Of a stretch of DNA of 64,000 nucleotides, positions 18,858 to 29,662 are shown in pieces (positions within the stretch are counted from its first letter, which is position 1; every line of letters begins with the position of its first letter). Source of the DNA: an uncultured Bacteroidales bacterium (GTDB lineage Bacteria > Bacteroidota > Bacteroidia > Bacteroidales > VadinHA17). A program made the position numbers and the translations under genes. The DNA lies in contig CAWIQG010000004.1 of NCBI GenBank assembly GCA_963838215.1, forward strand, positions 166,826-230,825, given 5' to 3'. The notes under the pieces were generated by a model. It ran no database searches and had not been told where the DNA came from. It worked only from the letters and a program-made list of their open reading frames with translations.

Positions 18858-19988
18858 CTATGCATTTATCATCATTGGCATAAGAAGCATCAGAAGATCT
18901 TCCGATTCATTATCTGTTATAACAGGAAGGAACAGACCGGCCCGTGTCGGATCGGCAAGTTCAATCATTACATCCTGCGATGCAATATTTGCAAGTATTT
19001 CGAGCAGGAAGACTGATTTGAAACCGATTTCAATCTCTTCTCCTTCGTACTGGCATTTGATTCTTTCATAAGCAGATATCGAAAAGTCAATATCCTGTGC
19101 AGAAACCATTACCTGGTTACCTTTAAGCTGAAGTTTAACAAGATTGCTTGCCTGATTTGAGAATACAGATACTCTCTTAAGCGTATTATAAAATTCAACC
19201 CTGTCAATAGTGATTTTGCGGGGATTATTTTTGGGAATTACTGAATTGTAGTTGGGATAGTTACCTTCAACCAGACGGCAGACAACTTTATAGTTGCTAA
19301 GAATAAAAAATGCATTTTTATCATCAAACTCAACTGTGACCGGACCTTCCTCTCTTGGCAGAATGTTTTTCAGAAGAGAAGCCGGTTTTTTAGGAAGTAT
19401 GAAAGAAGAGTTGTCATCGGCATGTGCATCGGTTCTCTGGTATCTTACCAGCTTATGGGCATCGGAGGCAACAAATGTAATTTTGTCGGTTGAAGCCTCT
19501 ATAAATATACCTCCCATGACTGGTCGGAGTTCATCATCAGCAGTGGCAAAGAGAGTTTTGCCGATACCTGCCATCAACACATCTGCATTTATGATGAAGA
19601 CAAATTTTTTCTCTTTTTTTATGGAAGGCAGCGCAGGAAAATCGATCCCGTTCTGACCAATAACATTGAATTTTCCGTTTTCAGAGCTTATGACCACAGC
19701 CATTGTATCCATGTTGATATCAAAGGTGAGAGGTTGAACCGAGAACTCCTTTAATGTGTCGAGTAATATTCTGGCCGGAAGGGCTATTGTTCCGTCTCCC
19801 TCAGTATTTTCAAGCTTCATCCTTGTTATCAGCGTTGATTCGAGGTCTGATGCGGTTATCTCAAGATCGTTTCCTGAAAGGTTAAAAAGAAAATTATCAA
19901 GAATCGGAAGGGTATTCTTTGAACTGATTACCCTGCTTATGGCCTGAAGATGACCCAGAAGTTCCGAGCTGGATACTACAAATTTCAT
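18858..19988 (-). CDS. dnaN: DNA polymerase III beta sliding clamp
   Basis: 376 aa. MKFVVSSSELLGHLQAISRVI start and typical three-domain clamp length, ending LLMPMMINA. Confidence 0.95.
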   Translation of the reverse strand: MKFVVSSSELLGHLQAISRVISSKNTLPILDNFLFNLSGNDLEITASDLESTLITRMKLENTEGDGTIALPARILLDTLKEFSVQPLTFDINMDTMAVVISSENGKFNVIGQNGIDFPALPSIKKEKKFVFIINADVLMAGIGKTLFATADDELRPVMGGIFIEASTDKITFVASDAHKLVRYQRTDAHADDNSSFILPKKPASLLKNILPREEGPVTVEFDDKNAFFILSNYKVVCRLVEGNYPNYNSVIPKNNPRKITIDRVEFYNTLKRVSVFSNQASNLVKLQLKGNQVMVSAQDIDFSISAYERIKCQYEGEEIEIGFKSVFLLEILANIASQDVMIELADPTRAGLFLPVITDNESEDLLMLLMPMMINA

Positions 19989-20123
19989 ATTGGTATCGTT
20001 TTAAGTTGATTTATTGATTTTCAAATTTCACTATTTAAATCAAAATGAATGAATTGAACTATATATTATGATCAATTCTCAATTACCAATATTACAAAAA
20101 AAAACTATTACCTCAAATAAAAA

Positions 20124-21101
20124 TTATTGCGGAAAGAAATATGACCTCTTTTTAAGCAAAGGATCAATATCAAAATATCTCATAATAAAAAGCTCATCCC
20201 TGCCCTGTGTTTTGCCAAATAGTTTATCGCTGTCTTTTATTTTTATTTTATCCTGACCCGACATTTTTTCCCATAAAGTAAGAACATCTTTAGTGCCGCC
20301 GGCTGTAATTACAGTTATTCTGTAAAGAGGCTTTTGAGATTCAATCATCTTTCTTTCCTCACCTGGAATTTCTAATGCCCACGATTCGAAAGGGATCCAT
20401 GTAAAATATGTAAGATAACGTTTCACGAGAGCTGAATCAAAACCTGTCAGATTGATGTTCCCATCGGAAACAGCATAATGGTGATTTTTATTGGTTATTG
20501 AAAATGAGGATGATGAATCTGAGAAATTCTCAAATGTTATTGAGGCTATCTCTGAAGGCAGCAGATTGAATACAGTATAAGGCTGCCAGAACAATTCGTT
20601 AAGCGTGAATCCCGAACCTATATCACCATCATAACCCGGCACATAGACTATAAAAGGTTTTGATCCTTCTTTTATCTTCATAATATTACCATAAGGGTTG
20701 GATTTTGTTTTATACACCAGAAAAGTCTTAAGCAGTTTTCTCTTTTCATAGACTTTTACCTTTACTGGAAGGATATCTTTGCACGTGATTTCAGTATTAA
20801 ATAATTCAGCCGAAACAGGCGATTTAATTTTTATCTCCTTCAATATCCTGGTAATAAAAAGTATACCACTTTTTCTTGTTTCAAATTTTCCGTTTATTAA
20901 CCAGGTTTCTCCTTTTTTCTCCAGCGATAATCTTTTCTCTCCCTGTGAAAATTCAATCCTGGTAATCTCTTTTTGAGGTTCTGAAGCGAATGAGCTATTA
21001 TCCTTTCCAAAAGGCGATCTGTTTTTAAATAAAATCAGGAGGATCAATCCGATTATAAGTGTAATAAATACACTTTTTATAACTATTCTATTGATCATCA
21101 A
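20124..21101 (-). CDS. DUF4340-like membrane-anchored protein of the GldG cluster
   Basis: 325 aa. Single N-terminal TM segment. 4-nt overlap with gldG. Confidence 0.6.
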   Translation of the reverse strand: MMINRIVIKSVFITLIIGLILLILFKNRSPFGKDNSSFASEPQKEITRIEFSQGEKRLSLEKKGETWLINGKFETRKSGILFITRILKEIKIKSPVSAELFNTEITCKDILPVKVKVYEKRKLLKTFLVYKTKSNPYGNIMKIKEGSKPFIVYVPGYDGDIGSGFTLNELFWQPYTVFNLLPSEIASITFENFSDSSSSFSITNKNHHYAVSDGNINLTGFDSALVKRYLTYFTWIPFESWALEIPGEERKMIESQKPLYRITVITAGGTKDVLTLWEKMSGQDKIKIKDSDKLFGKTQGRDELFIMRYFDIDPLLKKRSYFFPQ

Positions 21102-22813
21102 AATATTGTGTATTTTCTTCTTCTGAAATAACTATAGAATAATCCTGCTATAACTACTATTAGCACCGGGCCGGCCACATTAATAATCTGCCATTCAAAC
21201 TTTTCAGCTTTTATCTTCGAAGTATTCAATAGTCTCAATTTCAGCTCTCTCGACCTTAATTCCATGATCCCGTTGTTATCGACGAGGTAATTCAGACAAT
21301 TGATAAGGAAATCCCTGTTTCCGAACATCTGACGGGTATATTTATCCAGACCAAGGGGCGATGGTACTTCTTCAAGACCTACCCTTGTGACATCGTTTCT
21401 GATAATATCAGCATCGGCAACAACTATCATCTTTGTTTCGCTGCTTTCAGTCTTAATCCTGAAATTTTTGTCATCCGTAAGGTTATTTGTCACCCTGTTT
21501 TTGAAGACGGATGGAAAAACACCTTCCAGCAGGACTGCTACAGGAAGATCAGATCTGTTAAAATCTTTCTCATCCGGAGTCAATTCAGCTTCTTTGAGTC
21601 GGATCAATAGCGGAGGAGAAAGTGTACGGCTGAAATTTGAAGTGGACAGCAGCACTTTCTTTCTTATTTTGGGATCAAGACCAACTGTATCGATATAATT
21701 TGTGAATTCACCTCTCACTTTATTCAGATTTCTCGTAATTGGATGATTTGTATCCGGATTCAGCAACGGATAATAGACCCAGGGAGCCGATACAATCTGT
21801 GGTTGGGTTCCTCCGCTCATAACTTCCATCCTGATAAGTACACACTCAATATCCTGAACAATTACAGGGTTTACTCTTGCTCCGTACCTGAACAGCTGAT
21901 CCTCAATATTTAATGGACGGTAGAGTCCTACTGTTTCACCATTGACAAGACTGTCGGAGTTTACAGCTACTTCATTAAAAAGCCACAAAACTTTCCCGCC
22001 ATTCATAATGTACTGATCCAGAACCAGTTTGTCAGATTCACTGAATTCCTTTTCAGGACCGGCAATAATTACAGCTGCGTACTTGTCGAGTATATGCAGT
22101 TTTCCACCAATAGTACCTCTGTCGATGGTGAAGAATTTAGCCAGGTTCATTGTTAAATCAGCCACTTCAATCTCCGGCATTTCATTCTGACCCTCAATGA
22201 ATGCGACCTTATAAATAGTGTCGGAACTCAAAGTCGATATTGTTTGTATCACCTCATATTCAAGTCCTTCAATCGAATGAAGAATATTTTGTTCGTATGA
22301 TATTGCAGGATTATTATTAAGAAAGTTGATCGGTACTTCAATCCCATTGTAATTTATTATCATACCTGGGAAAATAATTTTTTGGGTTGATCCACCTTCA
22401 GCATCACCAGCCTGAATGTTTATAGGATTTAATCCCTTTTTGATAAGACCCTGATATTGAGTTTCACGTTGTTTAGCATCTTTCCCGGCTGAAGGATTTA
22501 TAAATTCATAGTCAATTTTCCGTCCTGAGGCTATTCTGAACTCATCAAGTATCTCACTGACAGATCTTTTCAGTCGTTTTAATGGAATTGGCATCTCTCC
22601 GTCAAGATAAACCTGAATAAATATGTCATTTTTTAAACCCGAAAGGATTTTTCTTGTAGGGCTAGAAAGAGTATATCTTTTGTCTTCTGTCAGGTCGAAC
22701 CTGAACCTGACTAATGAACTGGCAGAGGCAACAAGGATTATCCCTGTTACTGCTGAGAGGAATTGAAGCCAACTCCTCGATTTTATATTTTTACTATTCG
22801 TTGTATCTGTCAT
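21098..22813 (-). CDS. gldG: gliding-motility-associated ABC transporter accessory protein GldG
   Basis: 571 aa. N- and C-terminal TM anchors with a large periplasmic body, downstream of the gldF-like permease. Confidence 0.8.
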   Translation of the reverse strand: MTDTTNSKNIKSRSWLQFLSAVTGIILVASASSLVRFRFDLTEDKRYTLSSPTRKILSGLKNDIFIQVYLDGEMPIPLKRLKRSVSEILDEFRIASGRKIDYEFINPSAGKDAKQRETQYQGLIKKGLNPINIQAGDAEGGSTQKIIFPGMIINYNGIEVPINFLNNNPAISYEQNILHSIEGLEYEVIQTISTLSSDTIYKVAFIEGQNEMPEIEVADLTMNLAKFFTIDRGTIGGKLHILDKYAAVIIAGPEKEFSESDKLVLDQYIMNGGKVLWLFNEVAVNSDSLVNGETVGLYRPLNIEDQLFRYGARVNPVIVQDIECVLIRMEVMSGGTQPQIVSAPWVYYPLLNPDTNHPITRNLNKVRGEFTNYIDTVGLDPKIRKKVLLSTSNFSRTLSPPLLIRLKEAELTPDEKDFNRSDLPVAVLLEGVFPSVFKNRVTNNLTDDKNFRIKTESSETKMIVVADADIIRNDVTRVGLEEVPSPLGLDKYTRQMFGNRDFLINCLNYLVDNNGIMELRSRELKLRLLNTSKIKAEKFEWQIINVAGPVLIVVIAGLFYSYFRRRKYTIF

Positions 22814-22816
22814 GGC

Positions 22817-23560
22817 TCAACTTTTTTTCCTCCATTTGCGCGATAACAGGACCAACCTTGTGGCTTCATTAAAGATAGCAGCAACTGCAATAAAATAGAC
22901 AGCATCTTTGATATCAATAACGCCTCTGCTGATAGATTTATAATGTTCGTTGATTCCAAGCCTGATTACAAATTCATCAAGACTTTTTAGTCCGGGGAGG
23001 TAAGCAAAAGAATCAAATCCCATGAAAAGAACAAAACATATAAATACTGCAATAATAAATGCAATTACCTGGTTATCAGTGACAGATGAAGCAAATATTC
23101 CAGCCGAGGCATAAACTGATGCCAGGAAGAACAGACCAATAAAGGCACCCCATGTTCCGCCCTTATCAAGGTTCCCTGGCGATTCGCCTAGATAGTAAAC
23201 AGAGATATAATAGATTAGCCCGGGCAGGAGAGCAAGAAGAACAAGGGAAACAGAAGCAAAAAATTTTCCCCAGATAATTCCCCGTTCGGTAATGGGCCTC
23301 GAGAATATCAGTTCAATAGTACCCAGTCGTTTTTCTTCCGCTATCATCCTCATTGTCACAGCAGGCACCAGAAACAGGAACACCCATGGCGACAGTAAAA
23401 ACAATGTATCAAGACCAGCATAACCACTGTCGAATATGTTCCATTCACCAGGGAAAACCCACATGAACAGACTATTAATCAGCAGGAAAACAATAATAAC
23501 AACATAACCTGTCAGACTACTGAAGAAGCCGCTTATCTCCTTTCTGAAAATCGCAAACAT
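22817..23560 (-). CDS. gldF: gliding-motility-associated ABC-2 permease GldF
   Basis: 247 aa polytopic ABC-2 type permease immediately upstream of gldG. Confidence 0.8.
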   Translation of the reverse strand: MFAIFRKEISGFFSSLTGYVVIIVFLLINSLFMWVFPGEWNIFDSGYAGLDTLFLLSPWVFLFLVPAVTMRMIAEEKRLGTIELIFSRPITERGIIWGKFFASVSLVLLALLPGLIYYISVYYLGESPGNLDKGGTWGAFIGLFFLASVYASAGIFASSVTDNQVIAFIIAVFICFVLFMGFDSFAYLPGLKSLDEFVIRLGINEHYKSISRGVIDIKDAVYFIAVAAIFNEATRLVLLSRKWRKKS

Positions 23561-23626
23561 TTCGTTAAAATTAATTGTCCGGTTTTTTCTTTGTGTTATT
23601 TTGAGTTTTACTTCTTGTTACTTTTT

Positions 23627-24799
23627 TTATTTTCTGGCTACCGTTGGTGAGCTGGCTTGTAAAACTACTGTATTTTTTATATCCGAAATAATAACATCTG
23701 TATAATAAAAACTTATAATCTGTTGGTAATTGAAGCCCTTTTCTGCCATTTCCATCGCTCCTTCCTGACAAAGGCCAACACCATGCCCATAACCTCTTCC
23801 TTTCAGGATAACAGAATCACCATCTGCAACAACTGAAAAGAAAGTTGACCGAAGATCCAATTCATTCCTGATCGTACTTAAAGGCATTGTAAATGACCCT
23901 GTTCTGTAATCAGTTAACCTTACATTCTGTAGAAAACTGAATACCGACAGATCATCCGTTTTTCCTTTGTATCCCGATTTCCTCAGAAATTCAAGCCAGT
24001 CGTTTATGCTTATCTTCTTTTCCCATACAGAATTTCTTGAGGAACGGCAATATGGATCAATCACACCTTTAAGGTACGGCTGGTTGGTCAGCCAGACATC
24101 TTCTGAGGATGCGGTCTCTCCCCCACAGTTTGAGTGAAATGCTGATATTATAAGAGTGCTATCCTTATCAAGAATAACCAGCCCTTTCGTTTCCAAAGCG
24201 GCCTTGTTAATAAGTGTATCGGAAGATAATCCGTTAAAAGCCTGGCAATGTGTATTATCGCAGACATTATACCTGTCCGCCAGGTGCTTATCGAAGTATT
24301 TGTACATATAAGTACGTGCAATTATAGCCTGTGTCTTGAAATACTCAATGTTCTTCCCGTTTCCTCCTTCAGCTTCAACAACACCTGAAATATATTTTTC
24401 ATTATCGCAAATGTTTATAAGTAACAGTGTGCCCAGATCCGGAAAACATTTAAGATCGCCTGAATATAATTGCCTTACCGGTAAATTTCCGTTAATCCGT
24501 AATGAATAAGAGGCGTTACCCGTTTTCCCTGCAAGATTGACTGAATCGCAAACGAATCCGGCAACATTTCTGGTTTTAACCGTCAACTTTCCATTGAATC
24601 TGCAGATAATTACAGGTTCACCTTTGGTGACACTAAAAGTTTCACCATTGAATGCATTTATTTCGAATTTTCCTTCTGTAACAGAAAAGATTACTGATTC
24701 GGGAGACTGGTTTGAAAACAACCTTATTTTTACCTGCGCAGAAGCGGATGAAACAAAAATTGTCAGTAATAAAAAAATAAGAATCCTTAGTCTGCCCAT
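23627..24799 (-). CDS. SpoIID/LytB domain protein
   Basis: FHSNCGGETAS and GHGVGLCQEGA motifs. Start moved to MGRLRILIFLL (24799) so it does not overlap lpxB. Confidence 0.8.
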   Translation of the reverse strand: MGRLRILIFLLLTIFVSSASAQVKIRLFSNQSPESVIFSVTEGKFEINAFNGETFSVTKGEPVIICRFNGKLTVKTRNVAGFVCDSVNLAGKTGNASYSLRINGNLPVRQLYSGDLKCFPDLGTLLLINICDNEKYISGVVEAEGGNGKNIEYFKTQAIIARTYMYKYFDKHLADRYNVCDNTHCQAFNGLSSDTLINKAALETKGLVILDKDSTLIISAFHSNCGGETASSEDVWLTNQPYLKGVIDPYCRSSRNSVWEKKISINDWLEFLRKSGYKGKTDDLSVFSFLQNVRLTDYRTGSFTMPLSTIRNELDLRSTFFSVVADGDSVILKGRGYGHGVGLCQEGAMEMAEKGFNYQQIISFYYTDVIISDIKNTVVLQASSPTVARK

Positions 24800-24812
24800 A
24801 AAATAATCCTTT

Positions 24813-25934
24813 TCATTTCTGCAACTCTGCCACCATCTCCTTCGCAATTCTTCCTGAAGCACCTGCTGGTCCCAACCTCTTCTTGAGAACCTTATAATCT
24901 GATAATATTTTTTCTCTTTTTGTTCCTCCCGGAAGAATAGCTTTTAGCTCTGCCGAAAGAATATTCTCTTTAAGATTGTACTGGACCAGCTCTTTAATAA
25001 CCTCACAATTCATTATCAGGTTCACAAGGGAAATATATTTCACTTTGATCACAATCCATGCTATCAGCATTGAGATGAAGTCGCCTTTAAAACAGACTAC
25101 CTGCGGTGTGCCTATCAAAGCTGCTTCAAGAGTTGCTGTACCTGAAGTAACAAGAGCTGCCTGGGCTGCATATAGTATCTCGTAAGTTTTTTCCTTGATG
25201 AGTCTGATCGGTTCATTGCCAATAATTTTATTGTAAAATTCGTCAGGAATATTTCTAACTCCAGCAAGAACAAACTGATATTCAGGAAAATGACGAACAG
25301 CTTTGATCATATCAGGCAGAATAAACTCAACTTCGTGCTTCCGGCTTCCGGCAAGGAACGCTATTACCGGTTTTTCTTCAATTCCGAGATATTTACAGAT
25401 ATCATTTTTCGCAGGAAATGAAGAGATCTTTTTCACGGTTTCATCTACAAGCGGATTTCCGTAATATTTGACATCAACATTGTGTTTTTTATAAAAATCA
25501 ACTTCAAACGGAAAAATGATAAACATCCGGTCGATATATTTTTTGATTTTTTTAACCCTTCCTTCATTCCATGCCCAAAGTTTTGGCGAGATATAATAAA
25601 AGGTTTTGATTCCTGATTTTTTTGCAAACTCAGCGATCCTGAGATTGAAACCGGGATAATCAATAAAGATTATAACATCCGGTTCATATTCAGTTATTTG
25701 CTGTTTGCAGAGAGAAAGGTTTTTTGTTATGGCGCCCAGGTTTTTAATAACTGCCACAAAGCCCATAAAGGCCATTTTCCTGTAATTCATAAGAACCTTT
25801 GCTCCGGCCGATTCCATCAAGTCTCCACCCCAGCAGAATATTTCTGCACTGGTGTCAGCCTCAAAAAGTCCTCTGACAAGATTTGAACCATGAAGGTCGC
25901 CCGACTGTTCTCCTGCAATAATGAAATACCTCAT
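24813..25934 (-). CDS. lpxB: lipid-A-disaccharide synthase
   Basis: 373 aa. MRYFIIAGEQSGDLHG start typical of LpxB. Confidence 0.9.
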   Translation of the reverse strand: MRYFIIAGEQSGDLHGSNLVRGLFEADTSAEIFCWGGDLMESAGAKVLMNYRKMAFMGFVAVIKNLGAITKNLSLCKQQITEYEPDVIIFIDYPGFNLRIAEFAKKSGIKTFYYISPKLWAWNEGRVKKIKKYIDRMFIIFPFEVDFYKKHNVDVKYYGNPLVDETVKKISSFPAKNDICKYLGIEEKPVIAFLAGSRKHEVEFILPDMIKAVRHFPEYQFVLAGVRNIPDEFYNKIIGNEPIRLIKEKTYEILYAAQAALVTSGTATLEAALIGTPQVVCFKGDFISMLIAWIVIKVKYISLVNLIMNCEVIKELVQYNLKENILSAELKAILPGGTKREKILSDYKVLKKRLGPAGASGRIAKEMVAELQK

Positions 25935-26257
25935 ATTAAAAACTTTACAGCAAAAACTACAACAGCCCAGACCATTGTAATTCCAAGCACTCCGCGAGCG
26001 GCTCGCAGCATATCGAAGCGATTAAATATCAGAAAAATAAAAACATTCGGAAATACGCATAAAGTAATAGCATGTGTAATAATATTTGAATCTTTTATTC
26101 TAACCAGATAGTCATGAAGTGTGTAATGACCTGATGAAAAAAGATAAATTATGAGTCCAATGATAAATGGCAATACAAGTCCCGAAATCAAACCGGTAAT
26201 GACCTTATCATATTTTTCAGAGATAGTCATTTTTAAAGCTTTCTTTAAGTTTATCAA
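25931..26257 (-). CDS. small integral membrane protein
   Basis: 108 aa with three predicted TM segments, between surE and lpxB. Start may be the internal Met at 26230. Confidence 0.6.
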   Translation of the reverse strand: MINLKKALKMTISEKYDKVITGLISGLVLPFIIGLIIYLFSSGHYTLHDYLVRIKDSNIITHAITLCVFPNVFIFLIFNRFDMLRAARGVLGITMVWAVVVFAVKFLI

Positions 26258-27008
26258 TATACCAATGGGCAGTCATATCAACAGTAACAGGAACAACCGA
26301 AACAAAATTATTAGAGATTGCCCATTGGTCCGTATCTATCGCATCCGGTTCATGATTCATAAAAATTCCAGTCAGCCAGTAATATGTTTTGCCCATGGGG
26401 TCCTTCCTTTTTTCAAATTCCTCTTTCCAGTTTCCTTTAGCCTGCCGGCAAATTTTTATCCCTTTTATTTCATCCTTTTTAGCAGCAGGAATATTAACAT
26501 TAAGGCATATCCCGGCAGGAAGGGGTTCCGTAGCCAGCTTCTTCATAATAATACAAATATATTTCTTACAAGCTGAAAAATCGGCAGTTGGCGAAAAACT
26601 ATTCAGAGAAAAACCGACTGAGCTGATCCCGTAAAGGCAGCCTTCAATTGCTGCAGCTATTGTTCCCGAATAGAGGACACTAACAGAAGCGTTGGAACCA
26701 TGATTTATACCTGAGACAACCCAGTCTGGTTGTCTTTCAAGCAACTGATTGACAGCCAGTTTTACGCTATCGGTTGGAGTTCCGTTACATGCATAAATCC
26801 TGTGTCTATCGTTTTCTTCAAGAAGCTTGACACGTAATGGAGTTTTTACCGTAAGAGCCTGCGACATTCCCGACATGCTCTCTGTTGTGGATATAAGAAC
26901 AACTTTTCCAAACTCTTCCATCACTTCAAGAAGCGTTTTTAATCCTGCCGCATATAACCCGTCATCATTTGTCAAAAGAATCAGCTTGTCATCTTTTTCA
27001 ACTACCAT
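26217..27008 (-). CDS. surE: 5'/3'-nucleotidase SurE
   Basis: ILLTNDDG motif and GINHGSN motif. Confidence 0.9.
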   Translation of the reverse strand: MVVEKDDKLILLTNDDGLYAAGLKTLLEVMEEFGKVVLISTTESMSGMSQALTVKTPLRVKLLEENDRHRIYACNGTPTDSVKLAVNQLLERQPDWVVSGINHGSNASVSVLYSGTIAAAIEGCLYGISSVGFSLNSFSPTADFSACKKYICIIMKKLATEPLPAGICLNVNIPAAKKDEIKGIKICRQAKGNWKEEFEKRKDPMGKTYYWLTGIFMNHEPDAIDTDQWAISNNFVSVVPVTVDMTAHWYIDKLKESFKNDYL

Positions 27009-27152
27009 ATAAAAAATGTTTGATGTACAAATATAGACAAATACCCTTTCTTTTGTAAAGTGCTCAATTCATAAAGTCATTTTTAATAAATCTTTAAGAA
27101 GGTTTTCTTATCCGCGCACAAAGTTTATGAAGAACCCGGGTTAAACTTTTTT

Positions 27153-27160
27153 AAAAATCC
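27153..27160 (+). promoter_or_regulatory. candidate -7 box (TACTTTTG)
   Basis: Matches TAnnTTTG 46 nt upstream of the pheT ATG. The same TTACTTTTG word recurs at 36785, 46435 and 61263. Confidence 0.4.
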
Positions 27161-27205
27161 TTACTTTTGCATTCTTACTTATATTATTTTAAGTCAAAAC
27201 AGGAA

Positions 27206-29662
27206 ATGAAGATTTCGTACAACTGGATTAAGGATTATTTAAAGATTGATCTCGAACCTGCAAAAGTTGCAGAGATACTGACCGGTATCGGACTTGAGGT
27301 TGAAGGTATGGATGAATGGGTATCAGTAAAAGGAGGTCTGAAAGGTGTTGTTATAGGTAAAGTTCTTACCTGTAAAAAGCATCCCGATGCCGATAAGCTC
27401 TCAGTCACTACCGTCGACATAGGAGGCTCTCAGCCTTTGCAGATTGTTTGTGGAGCCCCTAATGTTGCTGTTGGTCAGAAAGTTCCTGTGGCAACTATCG
27501 GCACGGTAGTTTTCAGGGGCGACGATAGCTTAGAGATAAAAAGGTCAAAGATACGGGGAGAGTTATCGGAAGGAATGATATGCGCTGAAGATGAACTGGG
27601 ACTTGGTAGTTCACATGATGGAATTATGGTACTAAGCAATGATGCAGTACCGGGAACAGAAGGCTGCAGCTATTTTAAAATTGAAAAGGATTTTGTATTT
27701 GAAATAGGTCTTACTCCTAACAGGATTGACAGCGGTTCTCATTTTGGAGTTGCAAGGGACCTTGCTGCATATCTGAACCTGAATGAAGGAATGAACGGGA
27801 AAGCTCTGCTCCCCTCAATAGAAAACTTTAAACCAGATAATTTCAACAATACCTTCGATGTAATAATAGAAAACAGAACCGATTGTCCACGATATACCGG
27901 GATCACAATCAGCGGAGTAACAATAGGCGAATCGCCCGACTGGCTTAAAAACAGGCTCAGGGCAGTTGGTCTAAACCCTATTAATAATGTGGTTGATATA
28001 ACTAATTTTGTGCAATATGAAACAGGCCAGCCGTTGCATGCATTTGATGCTGACAAAATTGAAGGGGAAAAAATCATCATAAGGAACCTTCCTGATAAAA
28101 GCAGGTTCATTACCCTCGATGAAGTCGAAAGAAGTCTCTCATCAAAAGATCTTATGATCTGCAATACCAAAGAAGGAATGTGTATCGCAGGAGTTTTTGG
28201 AGGAATAAAGTCAGGAGTCTCTGCCTCAACGAAAAATATCTTTCTCGAAAGTGCATATTTTAACCCTGTTGCAATACGCAAGACATCAAAAAGACATGGA
28301 CTGAAAACCGATGCCTCTTTCCGGTTTGAAAGGGGCGCGGACCCAAATATGACCCCGTGGGCACTCAAAAGAGCAATAATGCTGATTAAAGATATTGCAG
28401 GTGGCGAAATCTCATCATCCGTTGTTGATGTTTATCCGGACCCAATCAGGAATGTGCTGGTTGAAGCTGATTATAACAGCATAAACAGACTCATCGGAAA
28501 GAATATCGACCGTCCGGTAATCAAAAAAATTCTCAGCTGTCTGGATATTGTGATAAAGGAAGAAAAGGGAGATACCCTTACTCTTGAGATTCCCACATAC
28601 CGGGTCGATGTTAAAAGAGAAGCTGATGTTATAGAAGAAATCCTAAGAATTTATGGATACAACAATGTCGGTGTAAATGACCACGTAAATTCGACTCTTT
28701 CATACTCTGAAAAACCCGACAAGGAAAAAATTATCAATACTGTTTCTGATCTTCTTTCGGCTAATGGTTTTGCTGAAATAATGTGTAATTCTCTCAATCC
28801 TTCGGCATGGTATGAACAGAGCAGCGATTTCGATAAGAATCAGCTTGTGATGCTTGCCAATCCACTTAGTTCAGACCTGAATTCTATGAGGCAGACTCTT
28901 CTGTTTGGAGGGCTAAGTTCAGTGATCTGGAACATCAACAGGCAAAACTCTGATCTGAAATTTTACGAATTCGGACATTGTTATTTTCATCAAAAGTCCA
29001 AAAATACCTGCCCGAAAGTTGATGATTATATTGAGAAAGCCGCTCTCGATCTTTTTATAACGGGCAATACAAGTCGTCAGAGCTGGAACTGCAAATCCAA
29101 TCCTACCGATTTCTTCAATATAAAATCTTCGGTGGAAATGATCTTTTCGAGGCTGGGGATTAAAATGGAAAATCTGATTATAGGTGAAAGTAAAAATAGA
29201 TATTATACAGAATCTATAATATATCTATCAGGTAATAAAATAATTGCAGAAGCAGGACGTCTATCAAAGAATTATCTTATGAAGTTCGACATAGGTCAGG
29301 ATGTATATTACGGCCATATTGACTGGGATTTGCTATTGGAACTTATCAAAACACATTCTATTTCTTTCCACGAGCTTCCCAAATATCCTTCGGTACGTCG
29401 CGATCTGGCCCTATTACTCGACAGTGGAGTAAAATTCGGCCAGATAAAGGAGATAGCATTAAGAACAGAAAAGAACATTCTTCAGGATATAAATCTGTTC
29501 GATGTCTATGAGAGTGACAATCTTGGAAAAAATAAAAAATCGTATGCTATAAGTTTCATTCTGCGCGATGATCTGAAAACACTGACTGATAAGAGTATCG
29601 ATAAGGTAATGAATAATCTTATTAAAGCTTTTGAGAAAGAACTTAATGCACAGATCAGGTAA
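27206..29662 (+). CDS. pheT: phenylalanine--tRNA ligase beta subunit
   Basis: MKISYNWIKDYL start. tRNA-binding, B3/4, B5 and FDX-ACB domain order. Start moved from 27167 to 27206. Confidence 0.95.
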   Translation: MKISYNWIKDYLKIDLEPAKVAEILTGIGLEVEGMDEWVSVKGGLKGVVIGKVLTCKKHPDADKLSVTTVDIGGSQPLQIVCGAPNVAVGQKVPVATIGTVVFRGDDSLEIKRSKIRGELSEGMICAEDELGLGSSHDGIMVLSNDAVPGTEGCSYFKIEKDFVFEIGLTPNRIDSGSHFGVARDLAAYLNLNEGMNGKALLPSIENFKPDNFNNTFDVIIENRTDCPRYTGITISGVTIGESPDWLKNRLRAVGLNPINNVVDITNFVQYETGQPLHAFDADKIEGEKIIIRNLPDKSRFITLDEVERSLSSKDLMICNTKEGMCIAGVFGGIKSGVSASTKNIFLESAYFNPVAIRKTSKRHGLKTDASFRFERGADPNMTPWALKRAIMLIKDIAGGEISSSVVDVYPDPIRNVLVEADYNSINRLIGKNIDRPVIKKILSCLDIVIKEEKGDTLTLEIPTYRVDVKREADVIEEILRIYGYNNVGVNDHVNSTLSYSEKPDKEKIINTVSDLLSANGFAEIMCNSLNPSAWYEQSSDFDKNQLVMLANPLSSDLNSMRQTLLFGGLSSVIWNINRQNSDLKFYEFGHCYFHQKSKNTCPKVDDYIEKAALDLFITGNTSRQSWNCKSNPTDFFNIKSSVEMIFSRLGIKMENLIIGESKNRYYTESIIYLSGNKIIAEAGRLSKNYLMKFDIGQDVYYGHIDWDLLLELIKTHSISFHELPKYPSVRRDLALLLDSGVKFGQIKEIALRTEKNILQDINLFDVYESDNLGKNKKSYAISFILRDDLKTLTDKSIDKVMNNLIKAFEKELNAQIR

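Noticed and set aside
18451-19071. 206-aa plus-strand ORF, and similar long antisense ORFs at 27739-28368, 30200-30667, 57240-57722, 59174-59587 and 11919-12356
   Set aside because: Each lies entirely antisense to a well-supported conserved gene (dnaN/exonuclease, pheT, the UbiA-family gene, hydA, hydB, amidase). Their compositions are low-complexity Ser/Ile/Phe-rich, as expected of shadow frames in AT-rich DNA.
27009-27205. Strand-switch point (minus-strand genes to the left, plus-strand genes to the right) with a TTATCCGCG DnaA-box-like word, considered as a replication origin
   Set aside because: There is only one degenerate box, the spacer is short, no dnaA is adjacent, and gene orientation switches again at 38.2 kb. 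It is an ordinary divergent promoter region.
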